DNA from: a virus
Length of the DNA: 64,000 bases
IMG/VR virus record: IMGVR_UViG_3300037418_004082
Strand: one strand, 5' to 3'
Both the position numbers and the translations under genes were made by a program. Shown here one piece after another: positions 62,341 through 64,000 of this stretch. The notes under the pieces were generated by a model, which saw only the letters and a program-made list of their open reading frames with translations, was not told the DNA's origin and searched no databases. Position 1 is the stretch's first letter; each line of letters begins with the position of its first letter.

Positions 62341-63000
62341 GTGAGCACCATCACCCCCATCAAAAGCTTCGACATCTGCAGCGACGGCTTCGGCGAGATC
62401 GACCTGCCGGGCTTCGGCACGATCTCGCACTGCAGCGAGAACGACCAGCGTCACGGCGACTTCCTGCCCGTGAAGGGCACCGTCATGCACTGGACCGCCT
62501 CGTCCAACCGCATGCTGACCTTCGACGGCTACCACTTCAACATCGCGGACAACGGCAAGGAAGCCGCCGTCATCAAGACGCTGGGCGTGAGCGAGAAGGG
62601 CAAGCACCTGTGGGGTCGCAACACCCACTTCGCCGGCTTCGCGTACTGCGCGACGGCCGACGACAGCAAGCCCAACTACGGCCCCGGCGCGCCGACCGTG
62701 CGCCAGCGCGTCGCGATGCAGACCGTGGTCGCGGAGTTCTGCGCGTGGCGCCGCGTGGATCCGCGCGTGATGATCGAGGTCCAGAAGATGGCGTCCAACG
62801 CCTCCAGCATCTGGGCCGTGGACGGCACCATCAAGGTGCCCACCGTCGCGTCGCACCAGACGTTCGCCATCCCGGACGGCTACGGCCGCGAGCGCTGGGA
62901 CACCGGCAAGCTGCTGCCGGAGGACGCCAAGGCGATCGTCGCGATCTACCTGGACCTCAAGGCCGGCAAGCGCCAGTTCATGTTCAAGCACCTCTTCTAA
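62341..63000 (+). CDS. endolysin, N-acetylmuramoyl-L-alanine amidase (Amidase_2/T7-lysozyme-like)
   Basis: VMHWTA, YHFNI, HLWGRN, Q..AM..VVA, SHQ...RWD. Confidence 0.85.
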   Translation: MSTITPIKSFDICSDGFGEIDLPGFGTISHCSENDQRHGDFLPVKGTVMHWTASSNRMLTFDGYHFNIADNGKEAAVIKTLGVSEKGKHLWGRNTHFAGFAYCATADDSKPNYGPGAPTVRQRVAMQTVVAEFCAWRRVDPRVMIEVQKMASNASSIWAVDGTIKVPTVASHQTFAIPDGYGRERWDTGKLLPEDAKAIVAIYLDLKAGKRQFMFKHLF

Positions 63001-63032
63001 ACCCTGCTCGTCAGGTAGAAAGGACCTCCCCC

Positions 63033-63341
63033 ATGACCCCCACCCTCCAGCAAGCCCTCCAGGTCGCGCCCCTCGTGCTCGGCCCCATCGCCTCCGCCGG
63101 CCTCCAGGCCATCAAGAACTCGCCCGTGCCGCTCAACGCCGGCCAGGTCGCCACGCTGCGCCTGGTGCTGGCGCTGACGTCGATCGCGTGCGGCGTCGGC
63201 CTGGCCTGGCTCGGCGGCTCGCTCGCCACCTTCGACCTCAACGGCGCGGCCACCGCCGCCTGGGACGCGATCCTGATGTACGCGTCGGCTTCCGCCGCGT
63301 ACGAGCACGTGGGCAGCGGCGAGAAGCCCGCCCAGCCGTAA
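63033..63341 (+). CDS. putative holin
   Basis: 102 aa with 2-3 hydrophobic helices, right after the amidase. Confidence 0.6.
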   Translation: MTPTLQQALQVAPLVLGPIASAGLQAIKNSPVPLNAGQVATLRLVLALTSIACGVGLAWLGGSLATFDLNGAATAAWDAILMYASASAAYEHVGSGEKPAQP

Positions 63342-63365
63342 CTCCAGCCCAGGGAGGCAGCATCC

Positions 63366-64000
63366 ATGTCCGAACCGACGCCGCACGGCTACAGCTCCGA
63401 AGCCGCGCAGAACCAGATGGTCGCCCTCACCGAAGCGCTGCTCGCGCTCGCGGCGGGGGACGGCCTGAAGGCCACCATCACCAACCCGTTGGTGGTGCAC
63501 GACCAAGCGACCGTCATCATCAACGATGGCGCGAACGTGGACGGCGTCGATGCGACCATCCGCGGCACGGTGGCGCCCAACGCCACCGACGCCACGGTCA
63601 AGGAGCTGGCGGTGAACGACCGCGACGTCGTGGCCGCGCTCGCCAGCCTGCTGACTTCCCTGGGCACCCTCAACACGACGGCCGGCGCGCTCGCCACGGA
63701 GGGCAAGCTGTCGGACGTGGAGCTGGCGGTGGGCACCACCATCACGCTCCTGGGCGACGTGATCGACCTGTTGACCGCCATCGGCACGGGCCAGGCCACC
63801 GCCGCCAATCAGACCGCCTTGAACAACGCCGTCGGGGCGGTCAAGACGGCCGTGGACGCCACCACCACCGCCATCCAGGCGACGACGACGTCGGTTGGAA
63901 CGGTAAAGAGCAGCGTAGATGCTGTGAAAACGTCCGCGGATACCATCAACACCTCGGTTCTGGCCGTGCAGGCGTCCGTGGACGCGGCGACGGCGGCAAT
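63366..64000 (+). CDS. Ala/Thr/Val-rich helical structural protein, 3'-truncated
   Basis: Open from ATG 63366 (after GGAGG) to the window end. Confidence 0.75.
   Translation, partial: MSEPTPHGYSSEAAQNQMVALTEALLALAAGDGLKATITNPLVVHDQATVIINDGANVDGVDATIRGTVAPNATDATVKELAVNDRDVVAALASLLTSLGTLNTTAGALATEGKLSDVELAVGTTITLLGDVIDLLTAIGTGQATAANQTALNNAVGAVKTAVDATTTAIQATTTSVGTVKSSVDAVKTSADTINTSVLAVQASVDAATAA

Overview
This window is a 64-kb internal segment of a large, high-GC tailed dsDNA bacteriophage (jumbo-like). No host housekeeping genes, capsid or terminase genes are visible. It has four blocks. (1) 1-24.7 kb, leftward: small accessory ORFs and the replication module (family A DNA polymerase, AEP/Zn-finger/DUF927 primase-helicase, Dda/RecD-like and UvsW-like helicases, a Rad52-like annealing protein, a histone-H1-like protein, and apparently inactive GmhB-like and Xer-like proteins). 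This block is split by a ~1.45-kb non-coding, origin-like region at 14.06-15.53 kb. (2) 24.9-48.1 kb, rightward: a gene with a lambda G/T-type -1 frameshift site, an XRE regulator, a multi-ubiquitin-domain protein, a TopoVI-A/JetD-like TOPRIM protein, a KGG stress protein, an acyl carrier protein, an ATP-dependent DNA ligase and a thermonuclease. (3) 48.1-50.0 kb: a non-coding RNA island with two tRNAs, at least three tRNA-shaped RNAs lacking a normal anticodon arm, and two larger structured RNAs, surrounding a small basic candidate RNase. (4) 50.4-64 kb: virion and tail-fibre-like genes, mostly preceded by an NGATAATY motif, then a transglutaminase-like protease and a lysis cassette. The RNA island is the best candidate for an undescribed system. 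All family assignments come from motifs recognised by eye; no database searches were run.
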